A stretch of 64,000 bases of DNA from Candidatus Altiarchaeota archaeon (GCA_043813075.1 JBDRLL010000006.1:46533-110532), one strand, 5' to 3'. Counted from the first letter of the stretch, positions 10,837 to 21,892 are shown. A program made the numbers and translations. Notes: generated from the sequence alone by a model not told the origin.

Positions 10837-11964
10837 CTATTGGAGTTGTTTTTTTAATAGAATCAATACCTTAGAGGCCGCGATATCCCACGTGAAATAC
10901 TGTTCGACCCTGCTCCTGCCAGCTGAACCCATCTCCCTTGAAAGCCGGTCGTCTGAAAGCAACTCCTTGATCCTACCGGCAAGGGCGTCAACATCCCTGG
11001 GTTCCACCAGAAAACCATTCACCCCCTCCTCAACAACCTCCACGACCCCGCCGGACTTGTAGGCCACTACTGGCTTCCCGCATGCCCCAGCCTCCGCCAG
11101 CACGATGCCGAACCCCTCCCGCGTGGAAGGCAGGACCAGCAGGGTGGAATTCTTGATTTCACGTATAACATCATCATTATCCAAGACTCCCATGAAAGAC
11201 ACGTTATCCTCGAGTCCCATGTGAGAGGTCATTGCCTCGAGTTTCCTGCGCTCAGCCCCGCTGCCCACCACCTTCAACGTGACGCCAGGGAATTCCGGGA
11301 TAATCATTCCGAATGCGCGTATAAGGTCGTCAACATGCTTGTGGGATATGAGCCGTCCCACGAATATTATCGACTTCTTCACAGGGGCCTTTACATTGAG
11401 CGAGTCGACGTAAGACAGGTCAACGCCGTTGGGGACGATATTGATCTTATCCTCGCTGACGCCGTACTCGTGGACGAGGATGTTGCGCGTGCTTAAGCTG
11501 ACCGTCAGTATCCGGTCATAGGGGATTTTAAGGAGAATCCACTCCACAATACCAGCCAGCCAACCAGGATACTGACCGCTCCACTCATTACGATAGACGT
11601 CATGGACTGTTGCGAAGAGGGGCACGTCCCTGAACCGGGTTGCGATGAATGCAGGTATCAGGGGGACGTACGTGTTGGCTTCTATTGCGTCGAAACTGTT
11701 CTTAAGCAGATAGTATAACGCAGACAGCATGTAGTGGGCGAACTGTATTACGTTGCGTTTAGGAGGGTTTCTCACGCGCGGGCCAATGTGGACGACGCGG
11801 ACACCGTCGACTTCCTCCGCGTCTTCAACGCCGCGCAACCTCATTGACAGTATTGTGACATCCACACCATCCTTGACGAGCCTTCGGGCTATCTCGTGTA
11901 TCCTGACCTCACCGCCTCCCTTGACGTGCGGGAAGTTAAAATCAGTGAGCACGCACAATTTCAT
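10837..11964 (-). CDS. GT4 glycosyltransferase
   Basis: FPHVKGGGE, FVGRLISHKH, EGFGIVLAEA. Confidence 0.92.
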   Translation of the reverse strand: MKLCVLTDFNFPHVKGGGEVRIHEIARRLVKDGVDVTILSMRLRGVEDAEEVDGVRVVHIGPRVRNPPKRNVIQFAHYMLSALYYLLKNSFDAIEANTYVPLIPAFIATRFRDVPLFATVHDVYRNEWSGQYPGWLAGIVEWILLKIPYDRILTVSLSTRNILVHEYGVSEDKINIVPNGVDLSYVDSLNVKAPVKKSIIFVGRLISHKHVDDLIRAFGMIIPEFPGVTLKVVGSGAERRKLEAMTSHMGLEDNVSFMGVLDNDDVIREIKNSTLLVLPSTREGFGIVLAEAGACGKPVVAYKSGGVVEVVEEGVNGFLVEPRDVDALAGRIKELLSDDRLSREMGSAGRSRVEQYFTWDIAASKVLILLKKQLQ

Positions 11965-13094
11965 TTTCCAACTACACCCTCGTATACTTTAAGCACCCTT
12001 TCACCCACCTTAGTCCAGTCGTATTCGCCGAGGAACGGGGCTCCCGGAGTCACATCGCCAGCAAGAGCCTGCTTTATCTTTGAAGCCAGGTCAGACACAT
12101 CCCCTGGAGTGAATAGGAGTCCGCCGACCCCGCCACGCGTAGCCTCCCTAAACGGCGGTATGTCTGACGCTACGTAAGGTACCTGGAGGGCCATCGCCTC
12201 GACGAGCGTTATGCCGAATCCTTCCACACTGCTGGGATGGCAGTAGACGCTGGAGGATTTCATGGCTTCAAGCACGTCAGCATGACGCGGTATGAATCCC
12301 TTGAAGTCTATGGAGTCTGACACACCCAGTTTTTTCGCTAGGGACTTTAGGTTCTCCAGTTCAGGGCCTGTTCCCACGAGGACTAGCCTTGCCTCAGGGT
12401 ATTCCATCCTGACTATCGGAAGCGCCTTGATAAGGTCGTCGACGTGCTTGTACCCAACCAGGCGGGATACGCAGGATATTACCGGAGCGTCCTGCCTGAG
12501 TGCCTTCGCATTCTGGCACTGCTTCAAGTCAACGCCATTATGCACCACGGTTATGTCTCCACCTGCAACGCCGTTTCGGACAAGTTTTTCCCGCGTATAC
12601 TCGCTAACAGAGATGTATTTATCCCACTTTCTCGATAGGACATACCGCTCAAGCATCTCACCCAATATGCCGGAAAATCCTACGTTGCCAACCCACTCGC
12701 CCAACCACACGTCATGGTAGGTGGCGACACGCCTCCCGCAGCCCGACCGCCATGCAACGGGGTAGGTCATGAAGCTTGAGCCGTCCACTATATCATAACT
12801 TTTCGCACTTATCTCCCTGATCGCATTCCTCATGAACATGAACCGCTTGGACAACGAGGAGGCCTGGGAGTACTCCACCTCAGGTCCCACGCGGACGACG
12901 CTTATGCCGTTGAACTCTGCCTCGCGCTCCAGACCATTTTCCAGTAGGGTGTAGACTGTGACGTCGTTTTTCTCGGCGAGGTTCTTCGCGACATGGAATG
13001 CCCTGGCCTCCACGCCTCCGCGGACTTCGCAGTCGCTTGTGTGGGGGAAGAACTCGCTTGTTATCGCAATGTCCATGTGTTTCAGATTACACAT
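11961..13094 (-). CDS. GT4 glycosyltransferase
   Basis: GGVEAR, SRLVGYKH, EGFGITLVEA; start may be a few codons downstream (MDIAIT). Confidence 0.9.
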   Translation of the reverse strand: MCNLKHMDIAITSEFFPHTSDCEVRGGVEARAFHVAKNLAEKNDVTVYTLLENGLEREAEFNGISVVRVGPEVEYSQASSLSKRFMFMRNAIREISAKSYDIVDGSSFMTYPVAWRSGCGRRVATYHDVWLGEWVGNVGFSGILGEMLERYVLSRKWDKYISVSEYTREKLVRNGVAGGDITVVHNGVDLKQCQNAKALRQDAPVISCVSRLVGYKHVDDLIKALPIVRMEYPEARLVLVGTGPELENLKSLAKKLGVSDSIDFKGFIPRHADVLEAMKSSSVYCHPSSVEGFGITLVEAMALQVPYVASDIPPFREATRGGVGGLLFTPGDVSDLASKIKQALAGDVTPGAPFLGEYDWTKVGERVLKVYEGVVGK

Positions 13095-13122
13095 AAATCT
13101 AGGAACTTATATAACAACCTTG

Positions 13123-15405
13123 CTAGAGGCAGTTGACGTAGAATACTTCAACCCCGTTGTTGGATGGTTCAACAGACTCCTCCTTCAACACCTCCAGCCC
13201 ATCGTTCCTGCCGCTCGCGATGTTGTAGTTGTGGTAGGGGTACTTCCTCTCAAAAGTGAATTCAACGGGCTTCACCTCACCCTTCTCGAAGAACACGCTC
13301 CTCTTGTCTAATGACTCCACAATCATCTTCTGCATCATCTGAGACGCAGTCAAGTCGACCAGAAGCAGGTCTATCCCATACTCTCCAGCATCGCCCGTGT
13401 TACGGAACGCCACTGTGCCCTTGAAACCCCAGCCGCCGTCACCGAGAGGGTAAGCCCGCATGCTGCAGTTGGATATGTTACCGATATCGGCTGGAATCAC
13501 ATATGCGGCGTCCTTCAGCTCGTTGGCTTCGAATGAATCATTAAGAGCATACGTTTGCATGCCATGTTCGCCGACAATATCGAGCTTCAAGCCGGCCTGC
13601 CTTCCGTCACCGTAGTTCTGCATTACCGCCCCAACCACAACACCCCTGCCCTTACCAGCACCCAAGTCCGGTGAGACTTCATACAGCATCAACTCCACGC
13701 CAGTATACGGGTCGACCTCGCTCTTAACCAGCCTGAAGTATGCTGGGTCAGCCATCCTGTGCCTCAGCTTGTATACCGCGAGATGGTCGGCCAACTCCAC
13801 AGGGGGAACCTGGTCAGGCATCATAACAAGGCCGCCCGATATCGCGTATGCCATCCTCCCCTCCTGGTTGACGACATTGAAGTTTAGGCTGTTTATCATG
13901 ACGTGAGTCACCTTGCTACGGGATAGGGCAATTGCGGCGGCTTTTTCAGGCATCCACAACGAATCGTGGATGTTCTTCCGTATTACACCGGGGTTAGAGA
14001 CGGATTTCATTCCTGACAGGGATTCGAGCATGTACCCCCTATCCCACCTTGTCAGCACCCTGCCATCCACGCCCTGCACGCCAAGCCAGCGGTAGAACTG
14101 GTATTCCGTGTCATATCCTATCCTACGAGGGTCCGAGTCCATGACGTACATGGCGTTGACAGTAAAGCTTGACAGCACAAGCAATGATAGTATAGCAAGC
14201 TCCCGCCAATGGCCTGCGAGCTTCCATGAAGCTGCGACAACACCGAGTGAGGCCAGTATGAACACGTTCTGGAAGCTCTCCCGCGTGTCAAGGGAATCGT
14301 ATGCGTAGACAAGGCAGGGCACTGCAATCACCAGAAGGACGATCCATAGTCCGCCAACATTGTTTCTCTTGAGTGCTTTTGCCATTGGCTTGCCCGCCCA
14401 TGACAGCAATGCCTTCTCAGACTCCAGCCAGGAGGTTATGACGTGGCCAGCCAGCATGCAAACGCCAAGGTCGGATATCCTCGTCCCCCTGTCGAATATG
14501 AAGGCGAGCATGAATCCGGTGAGCGTCAGCGTTATGCCGATAGTATCACGCCTGCGGACTGCGATGGGGATTGCAAGGGGGATTAGGAAGAGGAGTATGT
14601 TGTTCCTAAGCCAGAAGTTGCTCGGCTCGATGGGCTTCACGTCCGCACTACCATAGCGTCCCTGCGGGAGGGACTCCAGCATATTTGAGATGTAATGGGG
14701 CACGACCGTCAACCCGGCGATGACTATGACGACCGACACCATTGCTATGTAGGCGGGATATATTCTCGCAAGATCCTTCTTCTTTACGCGCCCACTGAAC
14801 AGATGCTCGACCACGAAGTAGCCGACGTATAAGCCGGCGACACCAAGGCCGACATAGATACTCTCGTTGATGAACATTGCAGGATAAATTATCGCAATGA
14901 ATAACACGCCCCAGAACAGCCTACCCCCTCCTTTGGCTTTCACCGCCTTGACCACGCAAAAAAGAGCGGCTGCTATCAGAAGCAGCTGGAGGTGATCGTG
15001 GGTGAAGCCGACGAGAGACAATGCGAGCGGCTCTATCATTGACGTGTATATCATAGCGGACGCGAACGCGGCCTCGCGTCCATGCTGCTCCCTGACTAGG
15101 TAATATATCATGAGCCCTGTGAGCGACGCTAGCAGCGTGCTTAGGAATACGATAGCGTAGAAAAGCTGGTTCTCTGGGATGATGAAACCCAGAGCCTGGA
15201 GCAGCCATACGGTAGGGTCCATCAGCTCGTATGCGGGCAGCAGGGTGCCCTTAGCCACCCCATAGTAGAACCATGTTTCCGTGTGGTTGACGGAATGCCA
15301 GCCGTATTTCGTGAAGAAAAGCAGGTTAAGCACCGTCCGTAGTATCACCCCAGATAATAGTATGATGAACGCCTGCCTCCTGCCGTCAGACCTGAAAAAA
15401 TCCAT
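13123..15405 (-). CDS. Divergent STT3/AglB-like GT-C membrane protein
   Basis: Many N-terminal TM helices, GFTHDH (cf. AglB D-H-H region), VLTRWDRGY at the WWDYG position, soluble C-terminal domain. Confidence 0.65.
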   Translation of the reverse strand: MDFFRSDGRRQAFIILLSGVILRTVLNLLFFTKYGWHSVNHTETWFYYGVAKGTLLPAYELMDPTVWLLQALGFIIPENQLFYAIVFLSTLLASLTGLMIYYLVREQHGREAAFASAMIYTSMIEPLALSLVGFTHDHLQLLLIAAALFCVVKAVKAKGGGRLFWGVLFIAIIYPAMFINESIYVGLGVAGLYVGYFVVEHLFSGRVKKKDLARIYPAYIAMVSVVIVIAGLTVVPHYISNMLESLPQGRYGSADVKPIEPSNFWLRNNILLFLIPLAIPIAVRRRDTIGITLTLTGFMLAFIFDRGTRISDLGVCMLAGHVITSWLESEKALLSWAGKPMAKALKRNNVGGLWIVLLVIAVPCLVYAYDSLDTRESFQNVFILASLGVVAASWKLAGHWRELAILSLLVLSSFTVNAMYVMDSDPRRIGYDTEYQFYRWLGVQGVDGRVLTRWDRGYMLESLSGMKSVSNPGVIRKNIHDSLWMPEKAAAIALSRSKVTHVMINSLNFNVVNQEGRMAYAISGGLVMMPDQVPPVELADHLAVYKLRHRMADPAYFRLVKSEVDPYTGVELMLYEVSPDLGAGKGRGVVVGAVMQNYGDGRQAGLKLDIVGEHGMQTYALNDSFEANELKDAAYVIPADIGNISNCSMRAYPLGDGGWGFKGTVAFRNTGDAGEYGIDLLLVDLTASQMMQKMIVESLDKRSVFFEKGEVKPVEFTFERKYPYHNYNIASGRNDGLEVLKEESVEPSNNGVEVFYVNCL

Positions 15406-15454
15406 CTTATAGTGTATAGATTATCTCCAGTTTAACATAAGACTGTCTTATACG

Positions 15455-16594
15455 TTATAGTTCAAGCACCAGTTCCAGACCGTCAAGAGACTTCACGAGC
15501 CTGCCTTCATGCGTCTTACCCAGCTCCTCCATCACCTGGCTGTCGGCCAGACCCTGCTTCCGTAGGGAGGATACGAGCTTCATTAGGGAGTCTATCTCAC
15601 CGTAGTGCTGGTATATCAAGTCGCCCTTGGACTTGTCGACGACAGACGACTCCTCGAACCGCTTCATGGAATCCTCCTGCTGCTTCAGCACCATCTCCAC
15701 CTTAACCTTCCTGGACTCTGCTGCGGAAGTCATGCCCTCCCCAACGGAAAATGCCTCACGGCTGCTGAAGAACTCGTCGACAGCATCATTAAGGGAGTCA
15801 TAATCTTCAACAAGCATGCCATCATACTGCCGGGACTTGAATGGCTGGACGTCAACATAACCACCCTCGTCAGAGACCAATATGGGGCTTATGCTACGGG
15901 ATAATACGTCGTCGACGAGAGACTTGAATGAATCCCACAGACTCTTCCTAGAAGCATCATCGAGGGCTGGATAAGCGACTTCCTTGTCAACCCCCGCATT
16001 AAGGCAAACCCCCTCCGCGAAGAAGCCGCCGACCCCAAAGCGCGATGCTATCGTAGAGACCACAGGCTTTTCCTCGCTTGACATTATATCATTGAACTCA
16101 CCCAAGCCAACATCCAAGATGTTGACTCCTGACGGAGGATACTCATAGGCCTTACCTACGCCAAGCGTCCTATGCCTCCACTTCTGCCATTCGAGGAGCC
16201 CTATTATCTTAAAGCCCTCGTCACAGAGTATGACATTCCCCTTGCTGAACAACTCGGCGATAAGGATGAGACGCTCCCTGCCATCGAACACCATCTCTAT
16301 TATCCTGTCAAAACCATGCTGCCTTACCTCAGAGACCCTTAGGCCGCCGAGGCGCTTTCGCAACTGCATTGCGAAAGAGCTTGGGTTCTGGGGTATGGCC
16401 CGCGTGTATCCTGTGATGCAAAAGTAGTTTGGGGCTAGGACAAGGTCTCTGGTTCCTGAACCGGGCACGTAGAAGCGGAGCAAAAGCTCTTTAGACCCGA
16501 CTTGGTATGCCTTTTCGAATCTGGCGCCAGTCAAAACCCCTGCGACCTCGCCGGCTAGAATACGGACGTCGATGCTGGATAAACCCTCTTTCAT
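15455..16594 (-). CDS. NFACT/Rqc2 family protein, N-terminal half only
   Basis: LSSIDVR, PSSFAMQLRKRL, QHGFDRI, AELFSKGNVIL, YEYPP; ends at 379 aa. Confidence 0.85.
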   Translation of the reverse strand: MKEGLSSIDVRILAGEVAGVLTGARFEKAYQVGSKELLLRFYVPGSGTRDLVLAPNYFCITGYTRAIPQNPSSFAMQLRKRLGGLRVSEVRQHGFDRIIEMVFDGRERLILIAELFSKGNVILCDEGFKIIGLLEWQKWRHRTLGVGKAYEYPPSGVNILDVGLGEFNDIMSSEEKPVVSTIASRFGVGGFFAEGVCLNAGVDKEVAYPALDDASRKSLWDSFKSLVDDVLSRSISPILVSDEGGYVDVQPFKSRQYDGMLVEDYDSLNDAVDEFFSSREAFSVGEGMTSAAESRKVKVEMVLKQQEDSMKRFEESSVVDKSKGDLIYQHYGEIDSLMKLVSSLRKQGLADSQVMEELGKTHEGRLVKSLDGLELVLEL

Positions 16595-17499
16595 TCCAAA
16601 CCAAACTGCTTCAACAAAATCGCTTTCTGCGCGTGAACCCTGTTCTCAGCCTGACGCCATACCACGCTCTGACGGGAGTCTATCACGTCGTCGGTGACTT
16701 CAACCCCACGGTGGGCTGGCAGGCAGTGCATGAATATTGCATTCTCCTTGGCGTGAGACATCAATTTCCGGTTAACCTGAAATCCTTCAAAAGCAGTCAG
16801 ACGATCCCCCTCCTGGGACTCGTCACCCATACTCACCCAGACGTCGGTGTAGACGACGTCAGCACCCTTGACTGCGGACTCGGGATTATCCAATACTATG
16901 ACCTTTGAGTCGACCGCGGTCTTTAAAGCGTCGTTTACGAATCCTTTAGCCGGCTTGTATTCCGGCGGCGTGGCGACGGTTATGTTAACGTCGGTGAGCG
17001 AACACCCCAGTATGAGGGAATTGCAGACGTTGTTGCCGTCGCCAACGAAAGCCAGGTTAAGACCCTTGAGGTCGCCCTTCAACTCACGTATAGTAAGCAA
17101 ATCTCCTATGACCTGGCAGGGGTGCTCCTTTTCAGATAGGCCGTTGATGACAGGTATCTTAGAGTACTTTCTCAGCTCCTCGAGGGTGGAGTGCTTGAAT
17201 ACCCTTGCCATAACACAGTCCACGTAGCCTGTCATGACGCGGGCTGTGTCCGCGATAGTCTCGCCCCGACCCAACTGCATGTCGCCCGCGTTAAGGACGA
17301 TGGGTGTGCCGCCCAACTCGATCATCGCAACCTCGAATGATACTCTCGTCCTGGTTGAAGGCTTCTCGAATATCATGGCAAGCTTCCTGCCTGAAAGCCG
17401 GTCAGAGTATTCACCAGGATTCTTCTTTACTTCGGCAGCGAGGTCGAGGATGCCTGAGACATCATCCCTGCTCAAGTCGCGGATAGATATGAGACTCAT
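16591..17499 (-). CDS. argF: Ornithine carbamoyltransferase
   Basis: FEKPSTRTRVSF, HPCQ, FMHCLPAHRG. Confidence 0.96.
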   Translation of the reverse strand: MSLISIRDLSRDDVSGILDLAAEVKKNPGEYSDRLSGRKLAMIFEKPSTRTRVSFEVAMIELGGTPIVLNAGDMQLGRGETIADTARVMTGYVDCVMARVFKHSTLEELRKYSKIPVINGLSEKEHPCQVIGDLLTIRELKGDLKGLNLAFVGDGNNVCNSLILGCSLTDVNITVATPPEYKPAKGFVNDALKTAVDSKVIVLDNPESAVKGADVVYTDVWVSMGDESQEGDRLTAFEGFQVNRKLMSHAKENAIFMHCLPAHRGVEVTDDVIDSRQSVVWRQAENRVHAQKAILLKQFGLE

Positions 17500-17527
17500 A
17501 TAAAGCTATTTGAATGAATAATTAAAC

Positions 17528-18433
17528 ATGGGTTCCGTCGACGAGACTGCCAGGAAAATAAGTTCAATGGAGGTCAGAGGAGCCCTGGACATAGCCATAG
17601 CCGCCCTGAAAGCCCTTGAAACCGTCGTTGACGGGGGAGGCAGGCTGAAGGAGCTTGAGGCTGCTGGGGAGAAACTCAAGAAGGCCAGGCCCACCGCAGT
17701 ATCACTGCCGAATGCAGTCAACTATGTGATATACCTCGCGAAAAAACACGAGCCAGATGACGGGAAGGCGTTTAAGTCCGCCATGACCCGTGAGATACAC
17801 GACTTCATAATAAGGCAGGAGAATTCCCTGGAAAAGATTGCTGAGATAGGGTCTAAGCTCATAGAGGAGGGGGATGTCCTGATGACGCACTGCAACAGCG
17901 ATACCGTAGCCCACATATTCAAGAGGGCTTGGAGGGACGGCAAGAAGTTCAGGGTGATAGCCACAGAGACGAGGCCGAGGTATCAGGGCTACATCACGTC
18001 AAGGGACCTTGCTTCTGCAGGGATACCTGTGACGCTCATAGTGGACTCCGCAGTATACCATACCATTAAGAAGCTTGACGTCGACAAGGTGTTTGTGGGC
18101 GCGGACACTGTATACGCTAACGGCGATGTCGTGAACAAGATAGGGACGATGCAGGTTGCATTGTGCGCTAAAAGCGAGGGCAAGGACTTTATAGTCGCCA
18201 CGGAGTCTATTAAATTCTCTCCTGAAAGCATTATGGGCGGGGTGTCGGTGATAGAGGAGAGGGACCCTAAGGAGGTGGCGGAGATAGAGGGCGTTAGGGT
18301 GTTCAACCCGGCATTCGACGTGACGCCGAAGGAGTACGTGAACATGATAATAACGGAATACGGGATTATACCGCCTGAAGCGGCTTACAGCCTGCTTAAG
18401 GAGAGGTTTGGATGGAGTCTTACAGGGGAATAG
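17528..18433 (+). CDS. Ribose-1,5-bisphosphate isomerase (eIF2B-like family)
   Basis: VRGA, RPTAVSL, MTHCNS, ETRP.YQG, VGAD, NKIGT, NPAFDVTP. Confidence 0.88.
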   Translation: MGSVDETARKISSMEVRGALDIAIAALKALETVVDGGGRLKELEAAGEKLKKARPTAVSLPNAVNYVIYLAKKHEPDDGKAFKSAMTREIHDFIIRQENSLEKIAEIGSKLIEEGDVLMTHCNSDTVAHIFKRAWRDGKKFRVIATETRPRYQGYITSRDLASAGIPVTLIVDSAVYHTIKKLDVDKVFVGADTVYANGDVVNKIGTMQVALCAKSEGKDFIVATESIKFSPESIMGGVSVIEERDPKEVAEIEGVRVFNPAFDVTPKEYVNMIITEYGIIPPEAAYSLLKERFGWSLTGE

Positions 18434-18436
18434 AAG

Positions 18437-18934
18437 ATGGATGAGAGATACAGTAGGGTGCTGGACGCAGTCGCGAAGGAGGATTCGATAAAACTCAGGG
18501 AGCTCGCGTCAGAATACAGTGACGATGCTGCCATAAATCAGGATAAGGAGAGCCTGCAGTTGGCTGTCATAACATACAGCTTCCATAAGATATTCAGCAA
18601 GATACACTTCAGGGAAAAAACGGAGAGCCTGGTTGAGAGTTCAATAAAGAAGCTCTCGGAAGGCATGCTGGAGGGGGTGATAGGGGAGATAGAGTCCTTT
18701 GACAGGGAGCACGGACTGTTCCACGGGGGCCTGGTGGGCAAGGCGAGGATAAAGATAGGCTCCAGGATATACTCGAGGGGTATTTCCATAACCCACGCTT
18801 CCACGTTGTCCGGGGCGCCGGTGTCTGAGATACTAGAGTATTCTGGGGACACGAAACACCATGAGGAAAAAGAGCGTGTGTCCCTAAGCGACCGTTTAAA
18901 CAAGGCTAGGGACGTGTTTATGAACGGTAAATGA
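18437..18934 (+). CDS. Conserved hypothetical protein
   Basis: Coding-like ORF tightly linked to the upstream gene; C-terminal G-I-S...E-Y-S-G-D-T helix-turn-helix-like segment. Confidence 0.7.
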   Translation: MDERYSRVLDAVAKEDSIKLRELASEYSDDAAINQDKESLQLAVITYSFHKIFSKIHFREKTESLVESSIKKLSEGMLEGVIGEIESFDREHGLFHGGLVGKARIKIGSRIYSRGISITHASTLSGAPVSEILEYSGDTKHHEEKERVSLSDRLNKARDVFMNGK

Positions 18935-18992
18935 CTTTTAAACCCAAAATCCATTATCTAAGACACAAAAAGAGAGGGAATGTTGGCATATA

Positions 18993-19736
18993 ATGTATCC
19001 TACTGGTCCTGCGGCATACGACCGCGCTATAACGGTTTTCAGTCCTGACGGAAGGCTATTCCAGGTAGAATATGCTAGGGAAGCCGTCAAGAGGGGGACG
19101 ACAGCAGTCGGCATAACCTATGACAAGGGTGTTATCCTCGCGGTGGACAAGAATGTTGTAAGCAAGATGATAGTCCCCTCTTCGATAGAGAAGATATTCC
19201 AGATAGACGACCACATAGGTGTCGCAACATCAGGACTCGTTGCAGACGCTAGAAGACTCATCGAGGATGCGAGGGTGAGGGCTCAAAGACACATGCTGGT
19301 CTACAAGGAGGCTATAAGCGTCGCATCACTGACGAAGGAGATATGCGACATAAAGCAGGCGTACACCATGTACGGCGGCGCAAGACCCTTCGGGACGGCA
19401 TTATTGATTGCTGGGGTGAACAAGAAGCCACACCTGTTTGAGACCGACCCGAGCGGAGCATTCACTGAATACAAGGCAGGGGCAATAGGCATGGGGAAGA
19501 GGGATGTTGAAAAGCTTTTCGAGGATAAGTACAAGGAAAATATCGGGAGGCAGGATGCGATAAACCTTGCGTTAATCGGTTTGAACAGCGTGTCTGAAGG
19601 CAAGATAAAGAAGGAGAACATAGACATGATCGCGATAGAAGTGGGTAAGAAATACGTTAAGATAGGCGTCGACGAGATAGGATCATCAATAAAGGAATTG
19701 GGTAAGGAGCTCGACTCCGGGAAACCCAAGGAATAG
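18993..19736 (+). CDS. psmA: Proteasome alpha subunit
   Basis: YDRAITVFSPDGRLFQVEYAREAV. Confidence 0.98.
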   Translation: MYPTGPAAYDRAITVFSPDGRLFQVEYAREAVKRGTTAVGITYDKGVILAVDKNVVSKMIVPSSIEKIFQIDDHIGVATSGLVADARRLIEDARVRAQRHMLVYKEAISVASLTKEICDIKQAYTMYGGARPFGTALLIAGVNKKPHLFETDPSGAFTEYKAGAIGMGKRDVEKLFEDKYKENIGRQDAINLALIGLNSVSEGKIKKENIDMIAIEVGKKYVKIGVDEIGSSIKELGKELDSGKPKE

Positions 19737-19782
19737 CATTCATTTAGTTAATCTGTCTATTACTGTGGACGGGGTGTAGCTG

Positions 19783-20472
19783 ATGGCAAACTTGGATGAA
19801 GCCATTATAATCAGACTCAAAACAAGGGGACATACGTTTGAAGTGCTGGCAGACCCAGATAAGGCACTAGAATTCCGGTCAGGGGAGGAGGTGAGTATTG
19901 ATAACGTACTCGCAGTGGAACACGTCTTCAAGGACGCGAAAGCCGGCGACAAAGCATCCTCTGACTTAATGGAAGAAGCCTTCAACACAAGCGAAGAGAG
20001 CAAGGTAGCTGAGGAAGTCCTTAAGAAAGGCGAGCTACACTTGACTACAGAACAGAAACGCAGGATGCTGGAGGAAAGAAGGAAACAAGTCGCATCCCTG
20101 ATAGCAAGGGACGCAATAAACCCCCAGACAAAGTCCCCGCACCCACAGTCAAGGATACTCCAAGCTATGGAGGAGGCGAAGGTTGAGGTAACGCTCTCTA
20201 AAAGCCCTAGAGAACACGTTGAAAAGGTCTTGAAGGCCCTAATACCCCTCATGCCCATAAAACTCCAGAAAGTGCAGGTAGCGCTTAAGGTGCCTGCAGC
20301 ACACACTGGAAGGCTGTACGAGGTATTGAAGGAGTACGGGGAAGTCAAGAAGGATGAGTGGGTCGGGCAGGAACAATACTGTCTGATCGAGATTCCCGGA
20401 GGCCTGCAGGACGAGCTGTTCAACAAGCTGAACAGCATGACACACGGGGAGATCAGCATAAAAGTATTATAG
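19783..20472 (+). CDS. Ribosome maturation factor SBDS/Sdo1
   Basis: FEVLADP, GELHLTTEQKR, INPQTKSPHP; superoperon position. Confidence 0.95.
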   Translation: MANLDEAIIIRLKTRGHTFEVLADPDKALEFRSGEEVSIDNVLAVEHVFKDAKAGDKASSDLMEEAFNTSEESKVAEEVLKKGELHLTTEQKRRMLEERRKQVASLIARDAINPQTKSPHPQSRILQAMEEAKVEVTLSKSPREHVEKVLKALIPLMPIKLQKVQVALKVPAAHTGRLYEVLKEYGEVKKDEWVGQEQYCLIEIPGGLQDELFNKLNSMTHGEISIKVL

Positions 20473-20480
20473 GTATTCAA

Positions 20481-21152
20481 ATGAGCGAAAATAGGGAGAT
20501 TGTTATACCCGGCCAACTTGTTGGCGAAGGGGTTAAATGCGACAACAGCTGCTACCTGGAGGGGGGGAAAGTGTATTCCCTCGTTAGGGGCCTTGTGAGG
20601 ATGAGCGGCGACCGCGTGAGCATAATACCAGTGAGCGGCCCATACATGCCGAAAGTCGGGGACATGGTTATAGGAACCATAGTCGAGGATTTCGGGAAAG
20701 TCTACCTCGTGGACACTAAGACCGCGTACTATTCCGTCGTGAGGGAGGAGCGTGACGACGACAGGAGGTCTAGGAACAGGAGCGAACGGAGGCCTCAAGT
20801 CAAATACAACATAGGCGACTTGGTGAGCGGGAAGATAAGCTCGGTCGACGAGTTGCATGAGTCCCAGCTGACGGGCGTTTGGAAGCTGGAGGACGGGCTG
20901 ACCATGGAGGTCGACCCCAAGAAGGTGCCCAGGGTGATAGGGAAGCACCGTTCAATGATAAACCAGATAAAGGATAAGACAGGCTGCAACATAGCGGTAG
21001 GCCAGAACGGGATAATATGGCTGAAGGGCGGTAAGACCAACATAGCAATAGAGGCCATAAGGAAGGTGGAGGCGGAGGCACACACAAGCGGCCTCACAGA
21101 CAGGATAACACAGATGCTGGATGAAGCATTATCAAGATCAAATAAGGAGTGA
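20481..21152 (+). CDS. rrp4: Exosome RNA-binding subunit Rrp4
   Basis: [39 protein letters not shown]; ATG 20481. Confidence 0.95.
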   Translation: MSENREIVIPGQLVGEGVKCDNSCYLEGGKVYSLVRGLVRMSGDRVSIIPVSGPYMPKVGDMVIGTIVEDFGKVYLVDTKTAYYSVVREERDDDRRSRNRSERRPQVKYNIGDLVSGKISSVDELHESQLTGVWKLEDGLTMEVDPKKVPRVIGKHRSMINQIKDKTGCNIAVGQNGIIWLKGGKTNIAIEAIRKVEAEAHTSGLTDRITQMLDEALSRSNKE

Positions 21153-21157
21153 TTCAT

Positions 21158-21892
21158 ATGAGTGGTGGAAAAGAAGTTGAGTTGATTAAAAACGGTAAGA
21201 GGCTTGATGGAAGAGCCTTTGACGAGTTACGAGAGATAAAGATGAAGGTTGGCGTCCTGAAGAGGGCGCAGGGTTCAGCATACGTTGAATGGGGTAAGAA
21301 CAAGGTATTGGCCGCAGTATACGGGCCGAGGGAGATGCACCCCAAATTCATGCAGAATCCGACGAAAGCAGCCGTAAGGTGCACATACAATCTCGCACCA
21401 TTCTCTGTTGACGACAGGAAGAGGCCTGGGCCGGACAGGAGGAGCGTTGAGATTTCAAAGGTGTGCAGTGAAGCATTGACGTCCGTCGTCGAGGTTGGGA
21501 GATACCCTACCGCCGCGATAGACGTGTTTGTCGAGATACTGCAGGCTGATGCGGGCACAAGATGCGTGGGATTGACTGCAGCATCACTTGCACTAGCTGA
21601 CGCTGGAATACCGATGAGGGATATAGTCGCCGCCTGCGCTGCAGGGAAGGCTGGCGGGGAAGTTGTCGTGGACTTGGATAAGGAGGAGGACAACTACGGT
21701 GAAAGCGACCTGCCCATAGCGATACTGCCGAAGACTGGGGAGATAGTGCTCCTACAGATGGATGGTAAACTAAGCAGGGAGGAGTTCACGAAAGCGCTTA
21801 ACATGGCAAAGGAAGGCGCCATGAAGGTCTACGAGATACAGAAGCAGACCCTCATTGAAGGCTATGAAAACAGGCAGGAGGTGCAGGAATGA
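21158..21892 (+). CDS. rrp41: Exosome phosphorolytic subunit Rrp41
   Basis: [33 protein letters not shown]. Confidence 0.97.
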   Translation: MSGGKEVELIKNGKRLDGRAFDELREIKMKVGVLKRAQGSAYVEWGKNKVLAAVYGPREMHPKFMQNPTKAAVRCTYNLAPFSVDDRKRPGPDRRSVEISKVCSEALTSVVEVGRYPTAAIDVFVEILQADAGTRCVGLTAASLALADAGIPMRDIVAACAAGKAGGEVVVDLDKEEDNYGESDLPIAILPKTGEIVLLQMDGKLSREEFTKALNMAKEGAMKVYEIQKQTLIEGYENRQEVQE

